Part shown: in pieces, positions 38,701 to 47,478 of the stretch
How the letters are laid out: each line of letters starts with the position of its first letter
Numbering within the stretch: position 1 is the stretch's first letter
From: a virus
Virus record (IMG/VR): IMGVR_UViG_3300042893_001103
Location: 1-64,000 of that record
Reading direction: 5' to 3' (one strand)
Length of the DNA: 64,000 bases
Made by a program: the position numbers and the translations under genes
The notes under the pieces: generated by a model
Told to the model about the DNA's origin: nothing
Databases searched by the model: none
Seen by the model: the letters and a program-made list of their open reading frames with translations, nothing else

Positions 38701-39309
38701 CCTCCAAGAGACGGTAGACCGGCACGTCCTGGAACACCAGAAACGCCTCAATCAAATGCCAAACGCGAAGGGGAAATTAAAAAACTATCTACGCTGATTG
38801 AGCAGGTTGTTGCAGAACTTGATGAAAAACGTCAAAACCCTTCACCAAAAAAGGGAAGAATGGGATTCTCCTCATCAACCGGCAAAACGATGATTACTGA
38901 CGAAGCAACCTTTTTTAAGGACATTGAGAATTCTCTTGCAAAAGAGATTAGAGCCGCGCAAAAGGCTAGAAACACTAAAGCAGCATCAGGATTAACAAAA
39001 CTTCAAGAGATTATAAAAAGAAGTGAAGCCTCAAAAACAGGCGACAGAAGAACAAACGTCGGAAGTATCTACATGACGATGGATGAAGTTGACTTAATTC
39101 TTGACGGTCTTCAATTTGCCCTTGACCAACAGGTACAGGCTGGTGGAGATAAAAGAATTGGCTGGTACTCAAGACTAATTGAAAAAGTTGCCGGCGCAGC
39201 CATGTCTACATTTATTGATAAAAGTACATCAGAAATTGGTTCAACAAGAAGAACAGTCACAAACAAAGACGGCGTGAAGAAAAAAATCAATATTGTCCCA
39301 GAAGCATAA
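32785..39309 (+). CDS. Giant modular protein: HK97-type prohead protease followed by HTH, helical repeat modules and a HipA/PI-kinase-like domain
   Basis: N-terminal DSVGDVLITGAF, WGHNW..PIG, EWSIGY, LYEVSPVLHGAN; kinase-like GGSQGGG..YYIK..AENE..NWD..GN..VIDVGG; AGGAG RBS. Confidence 0.85.
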   Translation: MSQQDIQFKAIPGQFNIDEAQGVVECFVAGIGNKDSVGDVLITGAFTKSLTRRKPRVVWGHNWNDPIGKVLEIYEVAPGDRRLPTKMLNAGIGGLYAKVQFNLNSEKGREAFANVAFFGQEQEWSIGYKTLDSIFDPNIQANILKEVELYEVSPVLHGANQLTGTISVKSDETAEKHMPGMMMPHHTGMNQGPKIIVVRQGDDDDDDDDKPIFSEGLARALGDNEKERLTRELQSRSGSSIQLVSATESTAKFRRMTSDGRSVMYRIGYHTPDNYVTFMFGKPELADGQQPSGSRTVVPSQMPSMPMQVKPGVPTGATNFVVSPEYVMPKGEDYEKSAFDEELENLAQILDETFDVKVGRTLSSRNMSKLKTVLETLQDIVSSAEKDVESKSDYLIPVKLENAFETKQLLDPIFDYHRVESHVTEDGIVITTEVTQEFIEAIGVAEKALGRTLSGGLGKLGRAGRGAVNFDPKAWDGDGDGIVQEGTPYSRPAIPGVNDRASGGRVDTNAATRAWQNQRRSGMASRMGSDDNADEYDEAMGPPMRRPSRGMADDPVGDAASENLDRDRNAGAVRSGLSSSTAGVVKIDIPQIDNAIEELAAKDIGMSLKRFRELTDEGRLPERYQKAFSDRVKVLNDIFSNLSKEKLDESPGKVLSEIRKKLVDTLSSDDKEGDGFISQFNDRREIQNFIDGIEEVLNLAFDDYVDRARENGTGEEADDLQAELLSDFTQSLKKISEKSKNLFDARTKSFRGTEPAKAKKESESEKERLFDLLKNLLDMEELARYLDSTEGVVPTDAFIDRIRKGNISDEDLVQLNGFFEDALENIITLDPSLDPEKLAKEFSDAIREGAKNDESGVIQRIAKELGDDGVSEDLVQYLKDGREGSPFLPNRGKKEREILRGFASRTGGGDSKGKKFDVRDRKQREDKIVEMYNDGETVGDISRFLSSQPGSNGIFTELANIRNVIDKRRKAGDVPLRSVNPNKERQATTNLRNEIIRLYNDNDELSYREIAKLTGTTQANVTNTLSSMRRGNDSRIRSGDKVRGFSSSTGSDGESGLGSSSDKREMDMTLAEYAELNEVLKKYMDESQLDGIGADEDMQVIQNILDKLDESSAANDSIPLTDKEIDDYMDTLTRMRDNGPVEDSDDKESIDKLIDSLKKTKDSKDGTYESDALQQAGTRLSRPSRDGQGGGRGRTAKRPRGFKSSNGTINPHKKLDIELDDSEIGELRDELQGFMKMTDNPAPLRAIAEKLEKATNGKFSVDKDEYEAVIKEIDKMRTDRGVVTSDVVGVLEQAAESQKGKYSSIDVRGGRGFESSTGGGKNNGAPSDIPETMQKQLIMWGRQQGGLRLVQEAIQRFDKDKGTMPASYWKRLRTMYENMGPGSASGAARRTGRRGIFGRGKDTDTSPRGSAGFIIDDRPVPKGLLDNTMSNNPIVTDDFVDTNSGPMGGSQGGGVFKDPKTGKEYYIKPPKSQTHAENESLMSRFYERLGIPAGKVKVGTYKGRPKIVSEMVPGAKQVDHESEIKNSAWKKAVQDTFVANAWLANWDAVSNSGNTIKGGDGKAYVIDVGGAGLFRARGEAKGSAFGPIVGEMESLRDPNQSGARRGVAYWGDIPPAEIARQVKAIGAVSDSEIKEMVDAVISDKGEAKKLSDTLIARRDYLVQNWSTGKNSGTGRRGRTGFSSETDNYERRNKRPGVAPAMRPADFEVRPRDGEPTGVGKGGVMGTKPDPKFTGDSFDQAKPEEWEKLTIDEKWGWMLGEGNPEKGGTMSPAAYQGAMRKLGEEEAREETKRMTPEERRKSRSESRQSAMDERSDNEKERLTSEREERQKEAQESSKRVKEEATAEQAKAKRQARLDAFNEWIDDSIRELSGMEYDETDINPDSEDIWDTVSTILGVEDITPKSLKEAIDELSSYIDITSGENAYEKKSVARANALLKKLLKMQSEYSEDKWFNDREGGVSGFQSSTGDKPRPPRDGRPARPGTPETPQSNAKREGEIKKLSTLIEQVVAELDEKRQNPSPKKGRMGFSSSTGKTMITDEATFFKDIENSLAKEIRAAQKARNTKAASGLTKLQEIIKRSEASKTGDRRTNVGSIYMTMDEVDLILDGLQFALDQQVQAGGDKRIGWYSRLIEKVAGAAMSTFIDKSTSEIGSTRRTVTNKDGVKKKINIVPEA

Positions 39310-39418
39310 ATAGTATGCGTTCTCGCTCAGAGGCGCATGCTAAGTTATACTTTTATAAACTATTCATAATGTGATATTGACACTCGTGTCTTTACTCGCT
39401 AAAAAACAGGAGTTACCA

Positions 39419-40795
39419 ATGAGCGAAAAAGTTGAAGTCAGTGTTGATGCGGACGGCAATGTTCTTAAGTGTGCCAAGGGCGCAAATGTTGCCGACTGCG
39501 GGTTTACCCCAGGTGCAAAAGTGTGCGGTAAGTGCGGAGCAATGCCTATCCAGATGAAGATGGTTCCAGTCACCGATGATGACTATGAAGTCAAGGGTGG
39601 AGACAAATGGGACGATAGTGAAATGTTTGACGCTATGAAAAAGCGTCAAAAGGGCACGGGCATGGGAATGCCTGGCGAAGAAGATGATGACGAAGAGATG
39701 GATGACGAAGACGAGATGGCGTCAATGCCGTCATCCAAGAAGAAAATGTCTCTTGAAATTGAAGAAGACGACGAAGAAGAATACGACGAAGACGACGAAG
39801 AAGAAGACGACGAAGACGCCGAGATGAAAATGTACGACGGAGAAGTTGACCTAGAAGCAGCAAGAAAGAAACGTCTTGCCAACATGGGTGAAAAAGTCGC
39901 AGAACTTGGAAGAAACGCATACATGTGTGCTGTTGAAAGAAAAGTTTACCCAGGTGGTTCAGGCGTCTGTGACGATTGTCCTGGTGGATGCTTGCCAGAG
40001 CGCGGAATGCCAGGTCTTCTTTCTGTTGAAGGAATTGCCGAAGAAATGTTTAAGGGCAAGGTTCTTGACTCTGGATATTCTTCAGATGCAGACATGTTCG
40101 TGGTTGACATTCAATCAAAGAGCGGCCGTGCGGTTGAAGTCTTTATTGATGGTACAACTGCAGAAGTTCTCGGTTTCCACAAACTTGATGACAATGCCTT
40201 TGAGCAGAAGTCAGCACTTGATTCAATGATGGTAATTGACTTCCACGAAGCAGCAGAGATTGCAGTTAAGTCCATTCAGGGTGACGTTGTTGCTGTTGAG
40301 CCAGACATCTTTGAAGGCTTTGATGCATACGCAGTTGAAATTGAAGGAATTGACGGAAAGTCTTACGACGTATTCGTTTCACTTGACGGTGAAGTTCTTG
40401 GATACGACAAGTATGAGCCAGAAGAAGCAGAAGCCATTGAAGCAGAAGCCGCAGAGATTGCATTAAAGCGTGCATTCAATGAAGACATGCGCACACAAAT
40501 GGCAGAAGAAGGAAAAGCACTTCCAGACGGTTCCTTTCCTATTTCTAACGTAGAAGACCTCAAGAACGCAATCAGCGCATACGGTCGTGCAAAAGACAAA
40601 GAAGCAGCAAAGAATCACATTATGAAGCAAGCCAAGGCTATGGGTCAGGAAAAACTTATCCCCGCCAACTGGGTAACCGGTGGAGCAAAACTTGTTGAAG
40701 AAAAATCCGGAGAAGTTGACTCTGACCTTATGGCATCGCTTGTTGAGTTTGAACTCCTTGAGGCCGAGGTCAAAGACTCAGAACCAACAATCTAG
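39419..40795 (+). CDS. Head-associated protein with Cys clusters, acidic tract, two PepSY-like domains and a DUF6582-like domain
   Basis: IDFHEAAEIAVKSIQGDVVAVE...YAVEIEG..GKSYDVFVSLDGEVLG; ALPDGSFPI..VEDLKNAISAYGRAK; AGGAG before ATG 39419. Confidence 0.65.
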   Translation: MSEKVEVSVDADGNVLKCAKGANVADCGFTPGAKVCGKCGAMPIQMKMVPVTDDDYEVKGGDKWDDSEMFDAMKKRQKGTGMGMPGEEDDDEEMDDEDEMASMPSSKKKMSLEIEEDDEEEYDEDDEEEDDEDAEMKMYDGEVDLEAARKKRLANMGEKVAELGRNAYMCAVERKVYPGGSGVCDDCPGGCLPERGMPGLLSVEGIAEEMFKGKVLDSGYSSDADMFVVDIQSKSGRAVEVFIDGTTAEVLGFHKLDDNAFEQKSALDSMMVIDFHEAAEIAVKSIQGDVVAVEPDIFEGFDAYAVEIEGIDGKSYDVFVSLDGEVLGYDKYEPEEAEAIEAEAAEIALKRAFNEDMRTQMAEEGKALPDGSFPISNVEDLKNAISAYGRAKDKEAAKNHIMKQAKAMGQEKLIPANWVTGGAKLVEEKSGEVDSDLMASLVEFELLEAEVKDSEPTI

Positions 40796-40811
40796 AGAAA
40801 GCGTGGCCCGT

Positions 40812-43800
40812 ATGACGGGGGTGGACATTAATAAAATTCGCCATTACGCGCCTGGATTCAATAATAGAACAACGCGTCTTGATGCGGATATGTCTGCATT
40901 GCTTTTCAAGGCCGGAACAAGGATTATTTCATCATCGGAAAGATTAATAGCCGACGTCTCTATTAAGGCAGCAATGGGAGCGGGTGCTCCTGCCGAAGAT
41001 AAAAAAAGAGGACTTCAAAGCGCTGGAAAATCCAAGTACATAAACATCAATGGTCTTGTCTATGACCCAGAAGCCAAAAAACAAGAGGGCCAATTCTTTA
41101 AGCCGTGGGTTACGGAAAGAGAAAGAATTAACGCAATGCGCTCAAACGACCCAGTTCCCAACTGGGGATGGGTTGACAGGAATCCGGAGAATCAAAATAG
41201 ACTCCAAGAGCCAAAAAACGCAAAAGGCAAAGTAACAAGGTATCCAGTAAACCCCAAAACTGGTGAACCAATGAAAAATTACGGAGTTGAACAAGAGTTT
41301 AAATCTCTTGGACCAACGCTTGCTGAAAGAAATCCTGGCGGAAAACTTCTTGCACGAACAGCAAAGTCTTTCGGTGTGGTAGTTGATGCTCTTGGAAAAT
41401 TTAGATGCCCTCCTGGGACGCCAGCAGCAAACAGATTTACTAACTTCAGAGGTGAAGGATGTTTTGACATTTCAGTAGCCCAGGTACGTAACTTGATTGG
41501 TTCTCTAACTCAATCAATGCAGGCACCACAGAGCGGGTCTCAAACAATATCCTCCCTTACTTCTGCAGGGGTAAGTATCGCCGAAATTAGAAAATCATTT
41601 AAAGAAAATGGAATTGCTGGCCTTGCCAGTCTTGCAAAGCGGGTTGGAATTGCTCATGTCGGTGATAAATGGAACGACATGTCTTACGTATCGCAAATAG
41701 CGGTAAGACTTAGAGAAGTTTCTGGCTTGACAATGGGTGCGCAGTCAAGAATGGAAAAAATTGCTCAGAAAAAAGCAGACACAATTAATTTTCTTGCTGA
41801 ATATTATGGAATAACAGAACCCAATGAATATAAAAAAATTGCACAAATAATTGAAAAAATGTCTGCTGACCCAGACTCTCCATTGGACCCAAATCAATTT
41901 AAACTTTTGTTTAGAGGTGGCTCTTTAGAAAGCCACGAAGAATGGGCCGTAGAAGCAATTATTAAAACACACATTGGGGCAATTGGCAGCAAACTTGGTA
42001 TTGATGCAACTGATGCACTGGAAGCATACGAAGAAGCCAAGCGTAACGGAGAAATAACTCCGCTTACCCGATTTGTTGATGCCGCTTTAGATAGAGAAAG
42101 AGATTTTAGGCTTGGAGCATTTGAAGACATGCTTGTTGCTGCGTACGAGCAACCACACACATTCACATTGCCCGGAGGCAAGAAAAGAATTTATACTGCT
42201 GGACCAATTCCAGACGGACCAGACGGAGAGAAATACAACGTTCCCCGATGGGACAGATACGACCTAAACGGATACGCGGAGCCAGAATTTATTTTAATTA
42301 ACTCTGGACCAGCAATTCTAGGATTTAGGGGAGGAGTTCCACCAAGTGGATATATGGACCTGTACGAAGCAACCGGAGGAGACATTGACGACCAGTGGAG
42401 AGCGGTTGCTTCAGAGATGGACAAAGACGAGCGTCTAAGGGCATATTCAGCACTGTGGAGTGTTGACCTGGCGGCAACAGAAGGAAGAGGTTGGAGAGAT
42501 TTTGGTGCACAAACATCTGCTCACGAAAGAGCCCACTGGGGTCAGATGGATGCAATTTTTCAATACCATGCAGAAACTAGTCCTGGTGTAGCCATGAAGG
42601 ATTTAAACAACCGTGAATTGATGGAATTAACTAACGAGTTCTTAACGAAAGCAACACCAGAGATATTACGAGATGTTTTTGGTGCCGATATTGAAGACTT
42701 GATTGATAAGCGTTTTGATGCACTTGCCGGTGCATACAGTCAAAAAGCACAGCAAGAGGCGCTTGAAGAACTAACAGGAGGAGGCAGCAGGGAAGACTTT
42801 AACTATTCTAGAAGCATTGCGCTACTAGAGACGCTCTCGGAATTAAAAGCAAACAAATCTGTCGGCCTCATAGGTGACGACCCCGAGTTGGATGCAATTC
42901 TTGACAAGATGACACCACTTCCTCCAATGTCTCCTGGTTCAATATCTCCATCTGGTGGAATCGTGCCATCACCCCCCGGTGGTTCACCAAGGCCAGTTAG
43001 GCCATCGCTGCCAAGTTCGGCACCATCGCTCCCTGCGAACGCCGGGAAGGTCGTTACCGTGATTCCAGGAAGAGGAAGCGGTCGTGGCGGTCGTGGCGCA
43101 CGAGGACCTGTTGACCCGTTTGAGCGAGACAGATATGGAAAAGTTCCGACAATGATTAAAGAGGGTCGTTTTACTCTTGAAGACATTGATGAGTTCTTGT
43201 ACGGAGAAGACGGCAAGGGTGGACTAAGGCAAACGCTTGCACAAATTGCAAACATGAAAACTAAAAAGAACGGCTATTCAGAGCCTGCTTTAGTTGAAAG
43301 AAAACGGCTACTTAATGAACTTATTAACACGATGGGTATTTCGTTTCCTGAACTTGAAGCAATAGCGCTTAAAGCAAAGAGAGGAGAAGCATTAACCCCA
43401 GAAGAAAAATCAAAACTTGTTAATGCTGTTTCACATTTAAGAAATGGTGCAAATGAGTTTAAGGCCAAATCTGTTGAAGCAAGAAAAAAATTTGAAGACT
43501 ATCGGAGTGTTGATGTATCAAGGGCAACTGGTGACGGTTCTGAATATGACGACAAAGATACAAACAGCCTGAATCTTGAAAGAATACAAGCCGAAATTGA
43601 AATGTACGAATCACTCTTTCAAAGAGTTGGGCGCGGCATAGCGCCAGCAGTGCATGACATTCTTACAATTAGTGAAAATGGTCCATATCCTCCACGTCTA
43701 ACCGCAAGAAAACCAGGTCCTCAACCTCTGGTTGGAATAGAAATTGACGGCGCTGACGGGATTGCAATTAAACAAGCGTCAAAACTTAATCCTCAAGAAC

Positions 43801-46475
43801 TTGCGGCACTATCTGAAGCGGTCACAAATCCACCAAGAATAATTTCATCTTTAAGTCCGCAAAACGTTTCTGAACTAACTTCAACTCTGGAAGATATTGA
43901 AAATGTTAGACAAGTTTTTGAACGTAATAACTTGACACCACCAACTACAGTTGCTGACGATGAACTTAAAAATGCAGCGCCTGTTATGTCGGGATTGGAT
44001 AAATCAATTATCCCAGAAGACATGGTCGTTGAACTTGAGATTGATATGCCGGAGGATACCTCACCTGGCTCAATACATGAAATTCCTCAAATATCATCTG
44101 CTCAATTAATAACAGATTCAAACACGGAAGAAGTTAACATTCCAAGTTCAGGTTTTTCTTCAACAACTGGCGCTAGAACTAAGGCCGGAATTGCTGGAAG
44201 ACTTATCGCAAGCCAGAGAACTAGAAAGTTGCTTGAAAAAGCAGGAATTGATGCAGAAAGAACAGACGTTGTTCAGTTAATGAGCGAAGTTGCTATTGGT
44301 TTTTCTATTGGAGGGCCGTACGGTGCCCTCTTGCCAATAGCACGACGCGGAAGTCGTGACGCTGCAGAGCAAGCACTAAGAATGATGGTTGAACGCGGAT
44401 GGATTGAGCAAGACATTGCTGACAAAATTGAAAAATACGGTCTTGACAGGATTGCTACAGAAGGTTTACCAGACGAAATACTTAATTTAGCAGAATCAGC
44501 CAAAGGTAAACTTTTGACAGACGATTCAAAACGTAAGGCTCTTGAATTTGGTTCAGTCCTACAGGATAGAAGTATTGAATTATCCGACGTCGCTCGTGAG
44601 AAAGCATCAGCAATGGCTGCCTCCGGAAAAGAAAAGGCTCGTGAACTTACTGGTGCTGGAAGAGAAACGGCAAGAAGATTAAGAAATCGTCTTGGTGGTG
44701 GTTCCGAAGAAATAGACGCAACTGACGCATTCTCGCTCCCTCCGTCTGGTAGTCCTTTTGATATACCAGCACCAGATATTGACCCGTTTAAGTCCGCATT
44801 TGTTGACATTGAATTCAAGCAACTCGGAACTTCCCTTATGGAACAAAAGCAGGGAAAGAAAACTAAAGTTAGAATTGCTGTACCTGCTGGCTCAAAAGGA
44901 AAAATTGAAGCAGGAAAAACAAAAGCAAGCAATATGATTCTTCCCCCAGGAAAAGTAAAATTTACTGGAGTTGGCGAAGACGGAGTTCCTGAAGCAGAGA
45001 TTTTTGACCAAATGTCCGCTGAACAATACATGAAAAACGTTGAAAAGATATCTCTAGAAGTTTCCTCATCTTCCAATAAACCAAGTATCAAAAAATCAGC
45101 AAAATTGAGAGCAGACACTGCTAAAAAAATGCGCCAAGAAATGGTTGCCAAGTCAGGAACACCCCAGTCAATGTCTGGTATTTCAAAAATTGTATTTGAT
45201 AAATCAAACTCAATAATGGAAAGAGGCGAAGCGGCTGGAATTAATTTCTTTACTTTAGAGAAGATAAAAAATAACGATACGGATATTGACGTATCGGAGT
45301 ATGTGCGCCTCTACCAAGAAAAACTCATATCAACAATTAATAATTACAGCAAATCTTTACCAACCCGTCTTTTTGATGACGGAATAAGTGCGGATACCAA
45401 AAAGTTTATTTATGGAACTCCTATTAAAGAAGTGGTAAAAGCAGTTAACGAAGTAGCCGTGTTGATTCATAATGACATAGACAGAAGAGCACGTGTTTCA
45501 ATGTCTAAATCGTCATTAGAACAATTTGTTGGTTCTGGAAAAATTGCAAACATTGATGTTGATAGTGAATCTTTAAAGATTTTAAAAACCAAACGAGACG
45601 CAATGCTTGGAAATGCCCCCGGGATTAAAGAATTTTCATTTACGCCTATTGAGTTGATACACGGAATACTTATTGAAAAAGTTGAAGAAAATCTTTACAA
45701 AAACGGAACACACGTTGGCTCTGAAGAATTTACAGATTACGGAAGAGGCATAGAATTGGTGCTTCGCGCAGAAAATTCTCCAAGAATTGGATACGGAAGA
45801 AAAGAGTCATACAAAAATGGTGGAATTTTTGTACAGATAAACGAAGAAGACGAACAAATTATTCAAGCAGCAATTTTTGGACAAATGTTTATGTCAACAA
45901 GTGGTGCAGAAGAATATCTAGCGGAGATTATTGAAGCAAGCCTTTCAAAAGACTATTCAAAACTTATAAAGAAAAACGACGAAGATATATTTGAGGCGTT
46001 TATAGTTGGTGAAATATCACTCAACGATGTTGAGCACATTAAAATACCTTTGTCAATATTCAACATCAGAAAGAAAAGAGTCTCCAAGAGCAGTATGATT
46101 GGTGGGGCAGACTCAATAAATATGATATTTATGAACAGAAGCGTTCCAAAAGAAAAAATCAAAGACTTCTTTGACGGTGAAGGAACCATAGGTGGAGGGT
46201 ATACGCCTAAGCATCTGTCTTATTTAAACGAACTAGAGGCTGCAGAAGAATTCAAAGAAAATCTAATATCTCTTGGCATTGATGAAGTGTTATTTACGAA
46301 TAAAGATGGAATTGACATCATGAGCGAAGATACATGGAGGACCCCTCCTCCAACAAAGAAAAAGGGCAAGGACGCACTAAGAGAGATAGCAAGACGAGAA
46401 GTTATGTCAATTATTGACAAAATTGCTCCTGCACCTAAAAAAGCAGAACCCAAAAAGGAAACTGTAAAGAAATGA
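40812..46475 (+). CDS. Giant polyvalent protein with zincin HExxH, split degenerate ART-like and DUF3626-like domains
   Basis: Long ORF, probable start MTGVDINK at 40812; AHERAH; LDKSIIPED and RIAVPAGSKG..MILPPG; YG..LVLR..R and EAFIVGEISLNDVE. Confidence 0.7.
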   Translation: MTGVDINKIRHYAPGFNNRTTRLDADMSALLFKAGTRIISSSERLIADVSIKAAMGAGAPAEDKKRGLQSAGKSKYININGLVYDPEAKKQEGQFFKPWVTERERINAMRSNDPVPNWGWVDRNPENQNRLQEPKNAKGKVTRYPVNPKTGEPMKNYGVEQEFKSLGPTLAERNPGGKLLARTAKSFGVVVDALGKFRCPPGTPAANRFTNFRGEGCFDISVAQVRNLIGSLTQSMQAPQSGSQTISSLTSAGVSIAEIRKSFKENGIAGLASLAKRVGIAHVGDKWNDMSYVSQIAVRLREVSGLTMGAQSRMEKIAQKKADTINFLAEYYGITEPNEYKKIAQIIEKMSADPDSPLDPNQFKLLFRGGSLESHEEWAVEAIIKTHIGAIGSKLGIDATDALEAYEEAKRNGEITPLTRFVDAALDRERDFRLGAFEDMLVAAYEQPHTFTLPGGKKRIYTAGPIPDGPDGEKYNVPRWDRYDLNGYAEPEFILINSGPAILGFRGGVPPSGYMDLYEATGGDIDDQWRAVASEMDKDERLRAYSALWSVDLAATEGRGWRDFGAQTSAHERAHWGQMDAIFQYHAETSPGVAMKDLNNRELMELTNEFLTKATPEILRDVFGADIEDLIDKRFDALAGAYSQKAQQEALEELTGGGSREDFNYSRSIALLETLSELKANKSVGLIGDDPELDAILDKMTPLPPMSPGSISPSGGIVPSPPGGSPRPVRPSLPSSAPSLPANAGKVVTVIPGRGSGRGGRGARGPVDPFERDRYGKVPTMIKEGRFTLEDIDEFLYGEDGKGGLRQTLAQIANMKTKKNGYSEPALVERKRLLNELINTMGISFPELEAIALKAKRGEALTPEEKSKLVNAVSHLRNGANEFKAKSVEARKKFEDYRSVDVSRATGDGSEYDDKDTNSLNLERIQAEIEMYESLFQRVGRGIAPAVHDILTISENGPYPPRLTARKPGPQPLVGIEIDGADGIAIKQASKLNPQELAALSEAVTNPPRIISSLSPQNVSELTSTLEDIENVRQVFERNNLTPPTTVADDELKNAAPVMSGLDKSIIPEDMVVELEIDMPEDTSPGSIHEIPQISSAQLITDSNTEEVNIPSSGFSSTTGARTKAGIAGRLIASQRTRKLLEKAGIDAERTDVVQLMSEVAIGFSIGGPYGALLPIARRGSRDAAEQALRMMVERGWIEQDIADKIEKYGLDRIATEGLPDEILNLAESAKGKLLTDDSKRKALEFGSVLQDRSIELSDVAREKASAMAASGKEKARELTGAGRETARRLRNRLGGGSEEIDATDAFSLPPSGSPFDIPAPDIDPFKSAFVDIEFKQLGTSLMEQKQGKKTKVRIAVPAGSKGKIEAGKTKASNMILPPGKVKFTGVGEDGVPEAEIFDQMSAEQYMKNVEKISLEVSSSSNKPSIKKSAKLRADTAKKMRQEMVAKSGTPQSMSGISKIVFDKSNSIMERGEAAGINFFTLEKIKNNDTDIDVSEYVRLYQEKLISTINNYSKSLPTRLFDDGISADTKKFIYGTPIKEVVKAVNEVAVLIHNDIDRRARVSMSKSSLEQFVGSGKIANIDVDSESLKILKTKRDAMLGNAPGIKEFSFTPIELIHGILIEKVEENLYKNGTHVGSEEFTDYGRGIELVLRAENSPRIGYGRKESYKNGGIFVQINEEDEQIIQAAIFGQMFMSTSGAEEYLAEIIEASLSKDYSKLIKKNDEDIFEAFIVGEISLNDVEHIKIPLSIFNIRKKRVSKSSMIGGADSINMIFMNRSVPKEKIKDFFDGEGTIGGGYTPKHLSYLNELEAAEEFKENLISLGIDEVLFTNKDGIDIMSEDTWRTPPPTKKKGKDALREIARREVMSIIDKIAPAPKKAEPKKETVKK

Positions 46476-46882
46476 AAGCGGTATTGGTAGGGACCGTTTT
46501 TGGAGACAAAAAACTGTTTTATGTAATTGATGCAAAAGACGAAAAAACCGATGGAATACTTGATGATGGCGTCAAACCAAAGGTTGTTAATTTTTGGGCA
46601 ACCGCTATGAATGCCAGAAATCTAGTACCATTACGTTCAACGAAGTTTCATGATTTTTTATGGGATGGAGCGTCTTGGGATAATAGCGATGAATGGGAAA
46701 GGGTTTTCATAAGAAAAACTCAGGTTGTTTCCCCAAGAATGTCTTCTGGTGTTGTTTTTTCCTCAGATGCAATGAAATCAAAAGCAAAAGAAAAATCAAT
46801 CAATCATCGTGCTACAGAATTTAAAACACTGATGCAGACGCAAAACATAAATATAGTACGCTCCAGAACGGGTAAACAATGA
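46472..46882 (+). CDS. Hypothetical protein
   Basis: 136 aa, ATGA-coupled to both neighbours. Confidence 0.7.
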   Translation: MKAVLVGTVFGDKKLFYVIDAKDEKTDGILDDGVKPKVVNFWATAMNARNLVPLRSTKFHDFLWDGASWDNSDEWERVFIRKTQVVSPRMSSGVVFSSDAMKSKAKEKSINHRATEFKTLMQTQNINIVRSRTGKQ

Positions 46883-47478
46883 ACAGCAGAGACATTAAGG
46901 CAGACCCCCTTGGTGGGATAATCCCGCAGGAACTGGTTACTGGAGACCTACTCAAAGGTCGCGGACCAAGAAGAGGAAATCTTGAGCGCCTTCTTCGCTA
47001 TTGGCGGCCAATCATGAAAAAACCAGGCGGCTTTAGGCGTTGCAAAGTCATCCTTGCCGACCATCCAGAGTTGTACCCGTTGAACAATATCTGTGCTTGG
47101 TTGCATCACGAAACTACTGGTCTTTGGCCAAACGAGGGATGTCATCACCCTGGCATGAAAAACTGCCGCAAGAAAATTAAAAAAGGAATAAACGGTACTC
47201 TTTTCTCTGACTCTCAATTTGATAACAGAGTAAGGAAACTTGCTGGAAATAGCAAGAAATCTTTACAACAAGAAACCGAACGATACGAAGACTCGGTAGT
47301 AACTAATGCCGACGAAAAACACTCAGTCTTGGTGATGCGTGACTTTTCTGAGATGGAACCAGATTTCTGTAAAACCATGTCCGACGATTCAAGTTGGGAA
47401 ATAGAAGGCGAAGACGAAATGGGGAATACCAAGTCCGTTCCCTACGATTCTGAACAGGATGACGACGTTGAGCAATAG
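46879..47478 (+). CDS. Head-associated protein with Cys/His motif
   Basis: LLRYW..PGGFRRC...CAWLHHETTGLWP motif resembles modules in actinophage head-maturation proteins. Confidence 0.6.
   Translation: MNSRDIKADPLGGIIPQELVTGDLLKGRGPRRGNLERLLRYWRPIMKKPGGFRRCKVILADHPELYPLNNICAWLHHETTGLWPNEGCHHPGMKNCRKKIKKGINGTLFSDSQFDNRVRKLAGNSKKSLQQETERYEDSVVTNADEKHSVLVMRDFSEMEPDFCKTMSDDSSWEIEGEDEMGNTKSVPYDSEQDDDVEQ

Noticed and set aside
39680-39830. GAAGAC-rich simple repeat
   Set aside because: It encodes the Asp/Glu tract of the PepSY-like protein; not an independent element
44273-45151. Long antisense ORF (292 aa) and many other overlapping ORFs in the track
   Set aside because: They shadow long sense-strand genes and have no recognisable motifs
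32785-46475. Inteins or introns explaining the giant ORFs
   Set aside because: I did not see intein C/S...HN-[CST] boundaries or LAGLIDADG motifs; the extra length is accounted for by linker-delimited modules
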